Assembly (NCBI GenBank): GCA_965242965.1 | Contig: CBDETU010000001.1 | Span: 1 to 38,183 of the forward strand | Direction of reading: 5' to 3' | Source: Candidatus Poribacteria bacterium | Lineage (GTDB): Bacteria > Poribacteria > WGA-4E > WGA-3G | DNA length: 38,183 bases | Shown here: positions 6,828 to 16,845 of the stretch, in pieces | Numbering within the stretch: position 1 is the stretch's first letter | How the letters are laid out: every line of letters begins with the position of its first letter | Translations under genes and position numbers: made by a program | The notes under the pieces: model-generated | Told to the model about the DNA's origin: nothing | Seen by the model: only the letters and a program-made list of their open reading frames with translations | Database searches by the model: none

Positions 6828-8573
6828 TTAAACTTCCACCTTAAATTCTTCGGCTCGTTGTCGTCGGCGTTGTTGTGTTTCGCGCCGAACGACTTCCAGT
6901 TGATTGACTCGTAGTTGACACGCACCTTCGAGTGCATCCGGTCCGTCGATGAAATCGGCTGTCGGGAATTGTGACAGCTGTTTCATAAATTCGCCGGGTA
7001 GCCCTTCCCGGAAGGCGAGCCAGCCGTTACTAATCGCCGGCTCAAGCGCGGCAATGCGTTCGATTTTGTTGTGGTAACGCGTGAGGAATTCTAGTGGCAC
7101 TGTAGCCTTGCGCTGTTCGCGCAGTGAAGTGAATGTCAGGTTGACATATTCCTTAATGGCCCCGGTCTTGTCAATGAAATCCTCAACGCCAAAGCGAAAG
7201 CGCGGACGTTCGCACCGCACCAGCCCGCTCTGGACATTTTCTAGTATATCAAATGCACTTTTAATTTGCAATGATAATTTGACTCTGTCCAACCATGCAG
7301 AATAGACGTAGCCTTGACAGCCGGCGAGTGACTCTCGGTTGACGGTGCGCCCACCCGGCATGGGCACCCAGACGACACAAACTACGGCGGCGAATGCATT
7401 ATCTACCGAATCCTTCCCGCCTGCCCAATCGAGCAGGAGGGATGCGCCGGCCATCTCTCGCCATTTGATCAGTCTGTTATCGCTTCTTTGAAACCCTTCG
7501 TCTGTCACCTGAAAGGTAATCGCGTTGTCCATGTCGAAAATGGCTTTGCTCGGGTCGCGGGTTTCGTTTTGCAATTCGCGCAACACCGCCCAGTAGCCGA
7601 CATCACAAATCTCCTTGCGGACATCAAGATAGGTTATCATTTCAGGCCAAAGCTCTTTTACGCCCGCGGTCATTTCTTTCTCGTGCTGCTGATAAAAGGC
7701 ATCGGCTCTTGAAACGCGTTCGGTATCGGGACGGGACATGTCTGTCAGGAGCTGTTCCCATTCTTTCCAGAGCGGCTCGGCGGTAGGGTGCCATAAATCA
7801 GCAGGCTCTTCGATCGCCCGGTAGAGTTTCGTCATCCAGCCTGGGCGGCTGCGGAGGAGCGAGGCGGTAGATTCCTCGTGTTTAATGGTGTCGATGTTGA
7901 GGAAATTCGTGCTGCCGTCTAAAGCACCTGCTCGCAGAAAATCGGTGTCGAACCAGTCCTGGTCCTTCTTACGGACATCGGGATTCAGCACCTTTTCTGC
8001 GTCATCTAAATCGTCCGAAATGATGAGACTTGGGCGGTGTTCGCGACTCAGACTGCCGCGAATCTGTCCCCCGCGCCCTTTCGGTTCGAGTTGCACGCCG
8101 TTGGCGGTGACGAGCGACTTGACACCCCAGTGCTTTTTTCCCGTCAGATCGCCGAAGTAGGCGCGGAGTTTCTCATTGCTTTCCAGTTCGGCTTGGATAC
8201 TCTTGACGCGCGATTCTGCCATCTGATACGATTTCGAGACGATGATGATAAAGCGTTCCGGGGTGTAACCCATCGCCTCATCGTAGTCAACATAACAGAT
8301 ACGATGCAACGGTAACATCACGGCCATCAGCGTTGATTTCGCGGAACCGCGCGGGGCGAGGATGTTGACTTTGCTGCCGCGGGTACCGTGGGGTAGGGCG
8401 TGGAACAGCTCGTAATGGTGGCGCGCGAACTCGATGGGCACATAGTGCGGCAAAAAGAATTTCGTAAACAGCGGGAGGTTCCAGTAGGCTTTTGCTTTAA
8501 TCAACTGTTTCGCTTTCGCCGGGTTCGACTTGCTGAGCGTCAGGTAAGTCTGATACGTCGCCGATATCGTCAT
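6828..8573 (-). CDS. terL: terminase large subunit
   Basis: Walker A APRGSAKST, Walker B LIISDDLDD, C-terminal nuclease motif DFIDGPDALEG. Start uncertain (8573 or 8639). Confidence 0.93.
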   Translation of the reverse strand: MTISATYQTYLTLSKSNPAKAKQLIKAKAYWNLPLFTKFFLPHYVPIEFARHHYELFHALPHGTRGSKVNILAPRGSAKSTLMAVMLPLHRICYVDYDEAMGYTPERFIIIVSKSYQMAESRVKSIQAELESNEKLRAYFGDLTGKKHWGVKSLVTANGVQLEPKGRGGQIRGSLSREHRPSLIISDDLDDAEKVLNPDVRKKDQDWFDTDFLRAGALDGSTNFLNIDTIKHEESTASLLRSRPGWMTKLYRAIEEPADLWHPTAEPLWKEWEQLLTDMSRPDTERVSRADAFYQQHEKEMTAGVKELWPEMITYLDVRKEICDVGYWAVLRELQNETRDPSKAIFDMDNAITFQVTDEGFQRSDNRLIKWREMAGASLLLDWAGGKDSVDNAFAAVVCVVWVPMPGGRTVNRESLAGCQGYVYSAWLDRVKLSLQIKSAFDILENVQSGLVRCERPRFRFGVEDFIDKTGAIKEYVNLTFTSLREQRKATVPLEFLTRYHNKIERIAALEPAISNGWLAFREGLPGEFMKQLSQFPTADFIDGPDALEGACQLRVNQLEVVRRETQQRRRQRAEEFKVEV

Positions 8574-9051
8574 CGTCTTCACTTTCGTGAGATACGCGGA
8601 TGCGTGTGCCGGGGAGTAGTCCATGGAGTTTGGCTTCATATTCGTCTTCCTGTCGTTCCGTCTGGATGAGCGCAACAAAGTATTTCGACGCGGCCGCGTC
8701 GTCAGGATGCGTCTGAAGGTGACTTTCAACTCTGTCCATTTCATCGCCTAACCTGTCGAGCCGCAGGGCGCGCCGCCGGTCTTGCGTTTCTTTCAATTGT
8801 CCACTTTGCGCTGCACGTCCGCGTTCAAATGCTTCCCGAAAACGCGGTTCGCAGCGTGCATCGTTCGGGTGGCAGTTCCGCAGGCGACCGCGGAGCGTCT
8901 GGCGATTTTCACGTGTATCGGGCACGCCGAGTTCGCGCAGGAGTTTTGTTATCGCGCGCTTGACACCTGTTCTGTCTGTGCCGAACTGGACAAGCCATGC
9001 AACAAACGTGAAACGATGTCCTTCTTGAACGTTGGGAAATGTTCGGTCCAT
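8497..9051 (-). CDS. probable terminase small subunit
   Basis: 184 aa, helical, acidic tail, immediately upstream of and overlapping terL. Confidence 0.6.
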   Translation of the reverse strand: MDRTFPNVQEGHRFTFVAWLVQFGTDRTGVKRAITKLLRELGVPDTRENRQTLRGRLRNCHPNDARCEPRFREAFERGRAAQSGQLKETQDRRRALRLDRLGDEMDRVESHLQTHPDDAAASKYFVALIQTERQEDEYEAKLHGLLPGTRIRVSHESEDDDDIGDVSDLPDAQQVEPGESETVD

Positions 9052-9055
9052 TGCA

Positions 9056-11176
9056 TTACGGCTGTTCCTGTTGTTGCTTCGCGCGTTCGCCGACGCGGGC
9101 GGGGTAACCGAGCGTCCATTTATGCTTGCGCATTAAGTCGGCGGCACGGTTCATGCTCGGTGCATCGATGCGATATGATTTTCCCCGAATCGTGACTTCA
9201 TGGACGAATCCATCAAGCAGCCAATCGCGTCCCGCTGGCGAATTGATAAATTGCTGATATGCCTTGCCGGTGCCCCATGTGGCGGTGATGGCGAGAACAT
9301 TCAAAACGTCGACGAATTGAATGTCCGGAAGTCCACCACTTCGCAGCAAATAAAGTGCCTCATCAAGCAACGGGATACTCAAGCCGCTTGCGATGGCCTT
9401 CGGGAGAACCTGTTGCAATTTGGCGGTTGGCGAGCCTCGCTTCCATGTCTCGGCGCGTCCAAAGCGTTGTGCGAACTCGGCAGATTCTACGAGCATGGCT
9501 GCGGTATCCTCACCGAACAATGTAATGAGGCGGTTCGGATCTTGGCCACGAATCCGCTTCAATACTGATGTCAACCCTGCCGGGAGTGCCTTGCGCGCCG
9601 CCATATCGTAAATCCGCCCAAGTAGTGCCGGTTCGAGAGCCTCCCAACCATCGGGACCGAGAATAGTTTTGAGGTTGCTCAATTCGGCAGTAGTGATTTT
9701 GCTCTTCTCTTTTAAGAGCTCATCGATGATATTCCCCGGTCGCTCTTGTGACTTCCGCAGGAATGTTGCGGCGACACCTTCATCCAGTTGAATCGTATCA
9801 AGATAGTCTTTTTTGGCAAGACGCACGGTATCGATGAAGTTATCAGGGAACGCTTCGGGATTCAGTGAAATCTGTTCCTCTAACAGCTGATAGAAATCCT
9901 CTGTTAGGGCGTGGTAGAGCCGCGATGCCACCGTGCCTGAGCCTATCGCCGTCATCTCTTTATTTGCGATGGCGAGGTTGATACTATCACGATAGCTCGT
10001 GCGGAGCTGGTCAAAATCGCGCAGCGTCAAATCCTGACGTTGCAATTTTTCAAAGACTTCTTCCAACAAGGCGGTGGCTTTGACGACATCGGGTTTCGGG
10101 AGCAGTTTCGAGGTGCTAGCCTGCAATGCTTTCACTTCGGCGCGCGTATGGGGGAGTAGCTCCATATCGGGAATGCGGACTAACGGCTGATCGAGCGTTT
10201 CACCGATCTTTCCAAACCGTTCTCGAAACTCGCCGCGGAGCCCGAGCTGCCAGTCACTATAATTTTCCAAGGCGCGCGTGCCAGCAATCTCCGGTAGTCG
10301 CACATCGCCCAGTTCGGCGACGTTGGCGGCGGCATCTTCTACGGCCTGCGTGCGTTTCTCCAAAATGGCTTGCTTGGAAGTCTCAAACCGCGCCTCTGCA
10401 CCGGCGATGCCTTCAAACCGTTGCCAGCCCTCGATAGCGGCGGCGCGTTCCACATCCGAAAGGACTGCGACGGGCGTTTCGTCCTTGCCTGCGCCGAACT
10501 GCTCGGAGGCTTCTTCAGGACGCATCGTCGTCGTGATGTCCTGTCCCGTAGTCTCGTCACGCCCAATGGGGACTTCCACTTCGGGATTATAGCCGGCTTT
10601 GTGTTTCTCCATCCAGCCTGCTGTCCCTTTGAGTGCACCGCCAAGTGCCTCGCCGGGGAGGTTCGTCGGATCCGCGAGTTCGGCAGCGCGTTTTGTTGTT
10701 TGCAAGATGCGATGATACTTCGCCGTGCGATTGCTCATCTTCAAGGCGGTGGCACTTCCCCCCGACAGCAGCGGCAGCAGATCGGAAAGGATTGCAAACG
10801 GATCTTCGTGTAGTGTCTTTTTGAATCCTGCCTCAGAACCATAGCGTCCTTTGTAGTCTTCCATAACTGCAGCGATGAGGGGATAGTCGCGTAGGTTGAG
10901 GGTATCTTCTCCGTCAGCTTCAGTGAGATCCTTTGTCAATGCACCGATGTCTTTCGCAAGGGCCACGGCGATGCTCGGCAGTTGTGGAATGCCCTTGACA
11001 GTATCCCACAACCCCTTGCCAAATGAGCGGTAAAGGGTGCCGCTTAAGGGACTGATGCCGCTCAACGCCTCTTTCCAGCTGAGTTCTGTTGCTTCTGCTG
11101 GCTCTTCGGTTGACGCTTCGGTTGACGCTGGCGCGGCGGATGGTTTCTTTTCCCAATTATCCTTCAGATTCGGCAT
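9056..11176 (-). CDS. probable internal virion / DNA ejection protein (large)
   Basis: About 706 aa from MPNLKD with GAGG RBS; helical and Ala/Gly/Leu-rich; third gene of a trio following the adaptor, as for P22 gp7/gp20/gp16. Confidence 0.55.
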   Translation of the reverse strand: MPNLKDNWEKKPSAAPASTEASTEEPAEATELSWKEALSGISPLSGTLYRSFGKGLWDTVKGIPQLPSIAVALAKDIGALTKDLTEADGEDTLNLRDYPLIAAVMEDYKGRYGSEAGFKKTLHEDPFAILSDLLPLLSGGSATALKMSNRTAKYHRILQTTKRAAELADPTNLPGEALGGALKGTAGWMEKHKAGYNPEVEVPIGRDETTGQDITTTMRPEEASEQFGAGKDETPVAVLSDVERAAAIEGWQRFEGIAGAEARFETSKQAILEKRTQAVEDAAANVAELGDVRLPEIAGTRALENYSDWQLGLRGEFRERFGKIGETLDQPLVRIPDMELLPHTRAEVKALQASTSKLLPKPDVVKATALLEEVFEKLQRQDLTLRDFDQLRTSYRDSINLAIANKEMTAIGSGTVASRLYHALTEDFYQLLEEQISLNPEAFPDNFIDTVRLAKKDYLDTIQLDEGVAATFLRKSQERPGNIIDELLKEKSKITTAELSNLKTILGPDGWEALEPALLGRIYDMAARKALPAGLTSVLKRIRGQDPNRLITLFGEDTAAMLVESAEFAQRFGRAETWKRGSPTAKLQQVLPKAIASGLSIPLLDEALYLLRSGGLPDIQFVDVLNVLAITATWGTGKAYQQFINSPAGRDWLLDGFVHEVTIRGKSYRIDAPSMNRAADLMRKHKWTLGYPARVGERAKQQQEQP

Positions 11177-12770
11177 CGGTTTCTTCCTCGTCTTCGGTTT
11201 CTTCCGCGTCTTCGGTTTCCTCCTCGTCTTCGGGGTAGACTTCATCAAGAAGAGTCTCGCGTTCCGCGTCCGACAAGGCATCACCAAAGATGTCACGAAG
11301 ATCTTGGCGTTGCGCCTCGCGGGTATCCCCTGTCGACTTGGCTTCTTGCATCATCGCCACTAATGCCGAGCGCGTCGTCGTCTTACCATCGGTGGCGGTG
11401 TATGTCGGTTCTGCCTCGGAGTCTTCGCCGGGCTCTTCGCCGGACTCTTCGCCAGGCTCTTCGGCTGACGCTGATGCTGTATCATCGCCTGTCGCATCGG
11501 GCATTTCGGAACTGAGTAAAATCTTATCCCACCCCTGTGCGTCGAGTACCTGCTCAGCAAGTTCGGGCGAAGATTGTCCGCTGTAATATGCGTGCTGGCT
11601 GCTCCGCAACGATAATAGGTTTCCGTCAATCGAACCTTCGTTGATATCCTCGTCTTTGAAAATCGCGGGGAGCATGCCCTGCACCCGCGCAAATTCTGAT
11701 TCATTGACGGCAGCACCAGAGATCTGCTTCAGAAACTCAACGAGGTGGCGCGTGATACGCGTCTGAACCTCGGTGGCTTTCTTGCGCTGCTCTGGCGTGA
11801 GCTTGTCAAGCCCGGAAACACTGAGCGTCCAACTTTGCAACAGCGAATTAAAGTCTTTTTTGTTCATCGCCTCTACGGCGACAGAGAACAACCGCCCTGT
11901 CTCGACACCGAGCTCTTTCAACTCACGAAGCCCGGTACGGATATCCACCAGTTCCCGCGCCGCGGTGAGACGCAGCCCCGCCAACTTGGAGGTATCTAAG
12001 TCGTTGAACTTATCGCCAAACAGCCGGAATGCGCCCGCTTGATTGTTGGCAGCGTATTCCGTCGCGATGGCTTGATAGAATCGCTCCGCTTCTTTATCCG
12101 TCAGGGCGAGCCGATTGCCGAGCCGCAACGTCACGCTCCGCACGGCGGCATCGGGTATGCTTTCGAGTGCCTGCTGTGCGGTTTGACTATTCGTGAGGGG
12201 CGCGCTACTGGCTCGGCGCGTTGTAAGTGCCTCTAGCGTTTCGAGTTTACGTTCGAGTTTCTGTGTCTCATCGAGGGGTAGCGTATCAATGATGTTCCAC
12301 AATCCTTCTACGGTAGTGGCCAGTTCGGGGTTCGCGGCGCGGAACGCCTCGGTATCCTGGTCTAATTTGGCTTGCGCGGCAGCAAGCATGCGTTCATTTT
12401 GTGCCTTCGCTTCTTCTAACGCAAGTTCCTGCTTGCCTTTCATCTCCTGAAGTGTCGTCTGGCGCGTTGTCTCTTGTTCTTCGCGCTCGGAGGCTTGTGT
12501 GCCTTTTAATTCTTGCAAGCCGCGCTCATGTGCTTGCTCCTGACCGGCGAGTGCCTCTTGTTGGGCGAGCCGTTCTTTATCGAGTTGCAACATGGCGGCA
12601 TCTTTCAATGCGCCGAGTTCGAGCTTGCGGTTTTCGAGCGCAAGCATGGCTTCATGGCGCGCGCGTTCGTCTTTCGCTTGCCGAACGGCGAGCTTCGCAC
12701 CGCTGACACCGCGCAGGGCGGCCATCAAGCCTTTTGCTGCACCCCGTAGGGCATACATTCCGTTTGACAT
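11157..12770 (-). CDS. probable DNA ejection protein, coiled-coil with acidic tail
   Basis: Start MSNGMY with GGAG RBS; Q/E/A coiled coil; ISGAAVNESEFAR motif resembling podophage ejection proteins. Confidence 0.6.
   Translation of the reverse strand: MSNGMYALRGAAKGLMAALRGVSGAKLAVRQAKDERARHEAMLALENRKLELGALKDAAMLQLDKERLAQQEALAGQEQAHERGLQELKGTQASEREEQETTRQTTLQEMKGKQELALEEAKAQNERMLAAAQAKLDQDTEAFRAANPELATTVEGLWNIIDTLPLDETQKLERKLETLEALTTRRASSAPLTNSQTAQQALESIPDAAVRSVTLRLGNRLALTDKEAERFYQAIATEYAANNQAGAFRLFGDKFNDLDTSKLAGLRLTAARELVDIRTGLRELKELGVETGRLFSVAVEAMNKKDFNSLLQSWTLSVSGLDKLTPEQRKKATEVQTRITRHLVEFLKQISGAAVNESEFARVQGMLPAIFKDEDINEGSIDGNLLSLRSSQHAYYSGQSSPELAEQVLDAQGWDKILLSSEMPDATGDDTASASAEEPGEESGEEPGEDSEAEPTYTATDGKTTTRSALVAMMQEAKSTGDTREAQRQDLRDIFGDALSDAERETLLDEVYPEDEEETEDAEETEDEEETDAESEG
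11176..11233. repeat. 18-bp tandem repeat x3 (coding)
   Basis: TCGGTTTCTTCCTCGTCT and two near-identical units encoding EDEEET/EDAEET. Confidence 0.85.
11422..11464. repeat. 12-bp tandem repeat x3.5 (coding)
   Basis: TCTTCGCCGGGC / TCTTCGCCGGAC / TCTTCGCCAGGC encoding EEPGEESGEEPGED. Confidence 0.8.
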
Positions 12771-12792
12771 GTCTCCGTCCTTCTCGCATGCA

Positions 12793-13395
12793 TTAAGCCG
12801 CAAGTGTCTTTAAGGACAGCTCTTCGGGCAGCCGCCCGGGCGTAGTTTTGCCCATTTCTTCATAGAACTCGAAAATCTGGCGCATTGTTCCAAGCGCGCT
12901 TTCAACATCGACATCGGTATCGGGACTCTCGCCTAATTCGGAGAGGGTTAATAGATTCTGAACGGTGGCCCCGAGGTCTTCGTAAAATGAGTCATCCGTA
13001 GTCAGGAGGCTCGCCATTTGGAATGACTGGAGATGGGCAGCAGGCAGCGCGGCTTGCGCACCTTGCTGCGCGGCGATGAAGGGCTCTTGCTGCGCGCGCG
13101 CTACAATCTGCGCACCCGCTGGCGAACTGCCAAGCCCCCGCGCCGCGACATTCCCGGCAACGCGATTCACGACAGGCTCCGCACCGCGCATGATGGCTTC
13201 GCGCTCGGTAGTATCAAAGATGCCGCGCGCCTGACGCGACAGCATCTTCCGGAAGTTCTTCTGGTCTTCCAGAACTTCCAACTGGATCTGTTTCGCTTTA
13301 TCGGGAAATAACGTCTCGTAAACTGTCCCCACCGCCGTGGCGATGTAGGGTATCGCCTGCGGATTCGCAGCTAACCATGCAAAAGGACCGGCCAT
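12793..13395 (-). CDS. probable small ejection (pilot-like) protein
   Basis: Hydrophobic Ala-rich N-terminus, VAARGLGSS motif, Q/A-rich; follows the adaptor. Confidence 0.55.
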   Translation of the reverse strand: MAGPFAWLAANPQAIPYIATAVGTVYETLFPDKAKQIQLEVLEDQKNFRKMLSRQARGIFDTTEREAIMRGAEPVVNRVAGNVAARGLGSSPAGAQIVARAQQEPFIAAQQGAQAALPAAHLQSFQMASLLTTDDSFYEDLGATVQNLLTLSELGESPDTDVDVESALGTMRQIFEFYEEMGKTTPGRLPEELSLKTLAA

Positions 13396-13473
13396 ATCAG
13401 TTTTCCTCTCTGCTGTATACCCCTTGACTCCCCCTTCGGAAGGCGTTCTAGGGGCATTGTGGCGTTCCGAATT

Positions 13474-14457
13474 TTAATAGGTCCCGCGGCTGAACACGTG
13501 TTGGGTGGACTCTGGCGCAACATCTACTGAACCACCACGCCGCACCTGCACATGTTGCTGCCACGCAGAAATATTCTGTTTAATCCGACGACGGACATGC
13601 GGTATCGCTGTCCTGTAGGTGCTCTCGTAATCGCGGTTTTGCACCTCCGTCTCGCGGTCTGAAAATCCAAGCTCACTCCCGCGCGCCCAATACAGACACC
13701 GATGCATCAAGCAGGTCTCGAGCTCAACGTCTAATTCCAGCTCATCGTTTTCTCTGTCTAAATCTAACTGCTGGAACTGGCGATGCAGGCGCGAGTAATA
13801 AATCCAGATAGATTCTATCCCCGGCGCATCGGTGCGGTTGGGCGCAGGGGCAAGCATGAGCGTCTTCGCCGCGGACTCCGGTGATAAAATCCGAATCACA
13901 TCGCCTTCTTTAAACTGTGTCCGGGTGCCACCGATGAGCTCGCCATAGCCGATTTCTAGCCACCCCTCCTCGGCATTCCGGGTGACGTTGTTAATTGTCG
14001 TCTGACTCTGCTCATCGGAGAGGTTGAGTATCCTGTCACCGGCTTTCACGGTGGCATAGGCGGTATCGACGCGGCACTCGTTGGAAGAATTGGAGACGAC
14101 GGTATCGACGGCTTTCTCGATGGCGGAGTTCCCCCAAATGTCGAAATTCCACGGTGAATTCGAGGAGACCCAACTTGCAAGTGTCTCAATCCCCGGCAAG
14201 GTCGCGGGGTGCAGTGGATACCACTTGACATCGTTAAAAGCGACCGCATGCATGGTGACGAAGGACTTCGGTAAACCGTACTGATATTGCCCTTCGACGG
14301 CCACGAGGAAGTCTTTGATATCAACAGAACGCGAGCGTGAGGAGATCTCGCGCAACGCCTCATTCACCTGAATGAGCAGGTTGGCTTGCGTATGGTAATC
14401 CCCGTGCGGGTCACCGAGTTTCACTTGGAGTTGGGCGATGAGTTCTCGGCAGTTCAT
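13474..14457 (-). CDS. head-tail adaptor protein
   Basis: Start MNCRELIAQLQVKLGD with GAGGA RBS; L...VNEALREI, EGQYQYGLP..F, L.LAPAP and IYY motifs of podophage adaptors, with a beta-rich insertion. Confidence 0.7.
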   Translation of the reverse strand: MNCRELIAQLQVKLGDPHGDYHTQANLLIQVNEALREISSRSRSVDIKDFLVAVEGQYQYGLPKSFVTMHAVAFNDVKWYPLHPATLPGIETLASWVSSNSPWNFDIWGNSAIEKAVDTVVSNSSNECRVDTAYATVKAGDRILNLSDEQSQTTINNVTRNAEEGWLEIGYGELIGGTRTQFKEGDVIRILSPESAAKTLMLAPAPNRTDAPGIESIWIYYSRLHRQFQQLDLDRENDELELDVELETCLMHRCLYWARGSELGFSDRETEVQNRDYESTYRTAIPHVRRRIKQNISAWQQHVQVRRGGSVDVAPESTQHVFSRGTY

Positions 14458-14459
14458 GT

Positions 14460-15542
14460 CTATTCCTCTATCCAGATATATTTGGGCAAATTCACCGCGG
14501 GGAACACTTCGTCGAGCAGGGCGTAGAGCAACGGATCGCCCTTTATCACCGTCTCTTGGCGCCACCTACCATGCTCGTCGTCTCTGTTAAAATCGTCAAA
14601 CCACTCTCCCGCACCCATCGCCCAGTATTCCCTTTCGTTCTTCATGGCGTGCAAGTTGATGTCGTTATAATATCCTTCGCCTTTGAGTGCTTTCTGATAG
14701 GCAAGCGTATACGCCGTCGTCAAACGCTTCCCAAAATCGGGAAAGAGGTGCGGATTATCGTCAAACGTATAATCTATGGCGTGCGCCATCTCATGCACTA
14801 CTATGCCGCTATCCAGTGATTCTTGGCGCAGCGTTGCATCGAGGTGATAGACAACGCCGCCCGCCGCGAGGTGCCTCGAAACGCCGCCGGTGTTTGAACG
14901 CGTATAAAATCCCGCGAACCGACTGAACGAACTTAGCTCGCCCGGCATGGTTACATCGTCGCCTTCGGCACCCACCAGCACGTAGTAAAATCCGTGTTCG
15001 GGCGACATCGCTTGACGTAGTTCGGGCATCTCCGAGGTCATCATCAAAAGAATCTCGCGCGCCGCATATATGAATTCATCGCGTGCGCCGACAAGGGAGG
15101 TGCGATCGGAGGGGGCAAGGATGGCGATACCACCCGCATCGATGTATTTATCGTAGAACAGCCGGTTCGTCACCTGCAAATCGCAGAACGGCTGGAAGAG
15201 GCCGGCGGCTCGCGGTTCGAGCTGCGTTACCACCAGTTCGCCGGTTTCGGAATCGAGGTGTTGGCCGCTCTTGTGCAGGAGCACGAAATCCTTGATGTGG
15301 TCCATTTTCTGTTCCCAGTTACCCCACAGTGCGTCCTGAATTTCCACCGGCACGGGTGAGATAACCATGTCGCTGCCGGTACCGGCTTTCACCTTGTCGC
15401 TAAGCCAGTAGCCGGCATCGGCATCGGGTGCCGGGTTAGGGACAGGATGGACGATGAGTTCTGTGAGCATGCCGCGTTCGCCGTCAAAACACCCGGCGGT
15501 GAGGACGATGAACGCGAGCAGGTAAAACGTGAATCTTTTCAT
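14460..15542 (-). CDS. lipoprotein zinc metallopeptidase (gluzincin, anthrax lethal factor catalytic-domain-like)
   Basis: Signal peptide with lipobox-like LTAGC; VVHEMAHAID; downstream NEREYWA third-ligand motif; DPLLYALLDEVF terminal helix. Confidence 0.8.
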   Translation of the reverse strand: MKRFTFYLLAFIVLTAGCFDGERGMLTELIVHPVPNPAPDADAGYWLSDKVKAGTGSDMVISPVPVEIQDALWGNWEQKMDHIKDFVLLHKSGQHLDSETGELVVTQLEPRAAGLFQPFCDLQVTNRLFYDKYIDAGGIAILAPSDRTSLVGARDEFIYAAREILLMMTSEMPELRQAMSPEHGFYYVLVGAEGDDVTMPGELSSFSRFAGFYTRSNTGGVSRHLAAGGVVYHLDATLRQESLDSGIVVHEMAHAIDYTFDDNPHLFPDFGKRLTTAYTLAYQKALKGEGYYNDINLHAMKNEREYWAMGAGEWFDDFNRDDEHGRWRQETVIKGDPLLYALLDEVFPAVNLPKYIWIEE

Positions 15543-16444
15543 GAGTGTTCCTCTTGTGCCGACGGTAATGTCGGCAGATAGAATTTTCCATGCATGAGTG
15601 TGCCACTGTCTTGTCCCTGTTTGAGTGTCACGTTGAATCTGTCTTGCATGGAGCGGATGTTGAAGTTAAAAACGTGTGCAAGCAGCATTGCGCACACTTC
15701 ATCATCACCAATGTAAGGGGCGTGCTGTTGCATCCACTGTACGCACGTTGGCAGCTTCGTATGGAACCACTTTGCGGGATAGCACCACATAATACCGAGC
15801 GGCTTCGCGTGCTTTCCTGTGAGTGTCAAATGAGACGCGCCGACGCGTTCCAAAAGCATCTCGATGGAAATGCCACCTTGCTCTGTTGCTTCTAGAAATG
15901 TTCTTAACCAGTTCCATTCAAACCGGTCAACGCGCAGATAGTGCAGTTCTTCTGCGGGTTCCTGATGCAATGTTTCAAAGAGCGAATGATGGTCTTGTCG
16001 GAAAGACATATCGGCATCCCAGACAACAATCCAGTCATATTCGGCGAGGCGCGTATCCCAATACGAACACATCTTCTTGCTGAGGCGAGCCCATCCATTG
16101 CCGAGCCGGTCTGGCAGTGGTGGGGCGTGAAACCACAGCACGTCTTGCTCGACATCGATGTGGTTCGCGTCGAAGACATCGGTGAGGCGTTTATATAACA
16201 CATCCTCGACATAGAATTTGATGGATACGCCCTGTGCCGCCGCATCGGTATATTGCAGGCAGCTCCACCGGGAATAGATGGCGGCGCGGACAAACGCATC
16301 GATGACTTCTTCCGGATAGTGCACATCGACAAAGAGCGGAATCAGCGCGAGGATACGTTCCGATGGGGCAACTGTCGTCGCGCGGACCGGAGGCAGTTGC
16401 TCTATGGGCAACTCCATGAGTGGTTGATAGATTGCATCAAGCAT
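15539..16444 (-). CDS. GT-A fold glycosyltransferase-like protein
   Basis: K......LAEYDWIVVWDADM (DxD) and later GDDEV motif as in GT8/GT34-like enzymes; paralog of 23829-24836. Confidence 0.6.
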   Translation of the reverse strand: MLDAIYQPLMELPIEQLPPVRATTVAPSERILALIPLFVDVHYPEEVIDAFVRAAIYSRWSCLQYTDAAAQGVSIKFYVEDVLYKRLTDVFDANHIDVEQDVLWFHAPPLPDRLGNGWARLSKKMCSYWDTRLAEYDWIVVWDADMSFRQDHHSLFETLHQEPAEELHYLRVDRFEWNWLRTFLEATEQGGISIEMLLERVGASHLTLTGKHAKPLGIMWCYPAKWFHTKLPTCVQWMQQHAPYIGDDEVCAMLLAHVFNFNIRSMQDRFNVTLKQGQDSGTLMHGKFYLPTLPSAQEEHS

Positions 16445-16446
16445 GG

Positions 16447-16830
16447 CTATGAACCAATTGTAACTGTTCCATCATAGGTGGTATTCGCGGCGATAGTTGG
16501 CGCGCGACCATAGATGGAACCTGTAAGTAGTTCGTGTGCGCCGACAGGCTCTGGCGCGCGTCCCTGCACCCGAACGATTGTTTGCTGTGGCCTGTTTGGG
16601 AAGAGCGTCGCCGATAACGATGTCGGCGCGTTGGGATCTCCTCCACTTGCCTTTGTGAGCGTGTAGGAAAATTCTGTCTCCGCGGGTCGGCCAACCGAGT
16701 ATTTGAAAATAACCGACCACTGTTCGCCTGAGTTTGCCTCGACGCGCTCATATTCAGATTCTACCGTCATCGTAGGTAGAACGTCATCCACGCTGACGAA
16801 TAAGGTAAATATATCGCTTGCTGTTGCCAT
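16447..16830 (-). CDS. beta-rich (Ig-like) putative virion protein
   Basis: Thr/Val-rich alternating strands; similar to the C-terminal domain of 17274-17687. Confidence 0.55.
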   Translation of the reverse strand: MATASDIFTLFVSVDDVLPTMTVESEYERVEANSGEQWSVIFKYSVGRPAETEFSYTLTKASGGDPNAPTSLSATLFPNRPQQTIVRVQGRAPEPVGAHELLTGSIYGRAPTIAANTTYDGTVTIGS

Positions 16831-16845
16831 CTTTTATTTCCTTTA

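Noticed and set aside
11177-11296. Basic N-terminal extension (KPKTRK repeats) of the 746-aa ORF
   Set aside because: Alternate-frame reading of the 18-bp acidic repeat of the upstream gene; the RBS supports a start at 11176.
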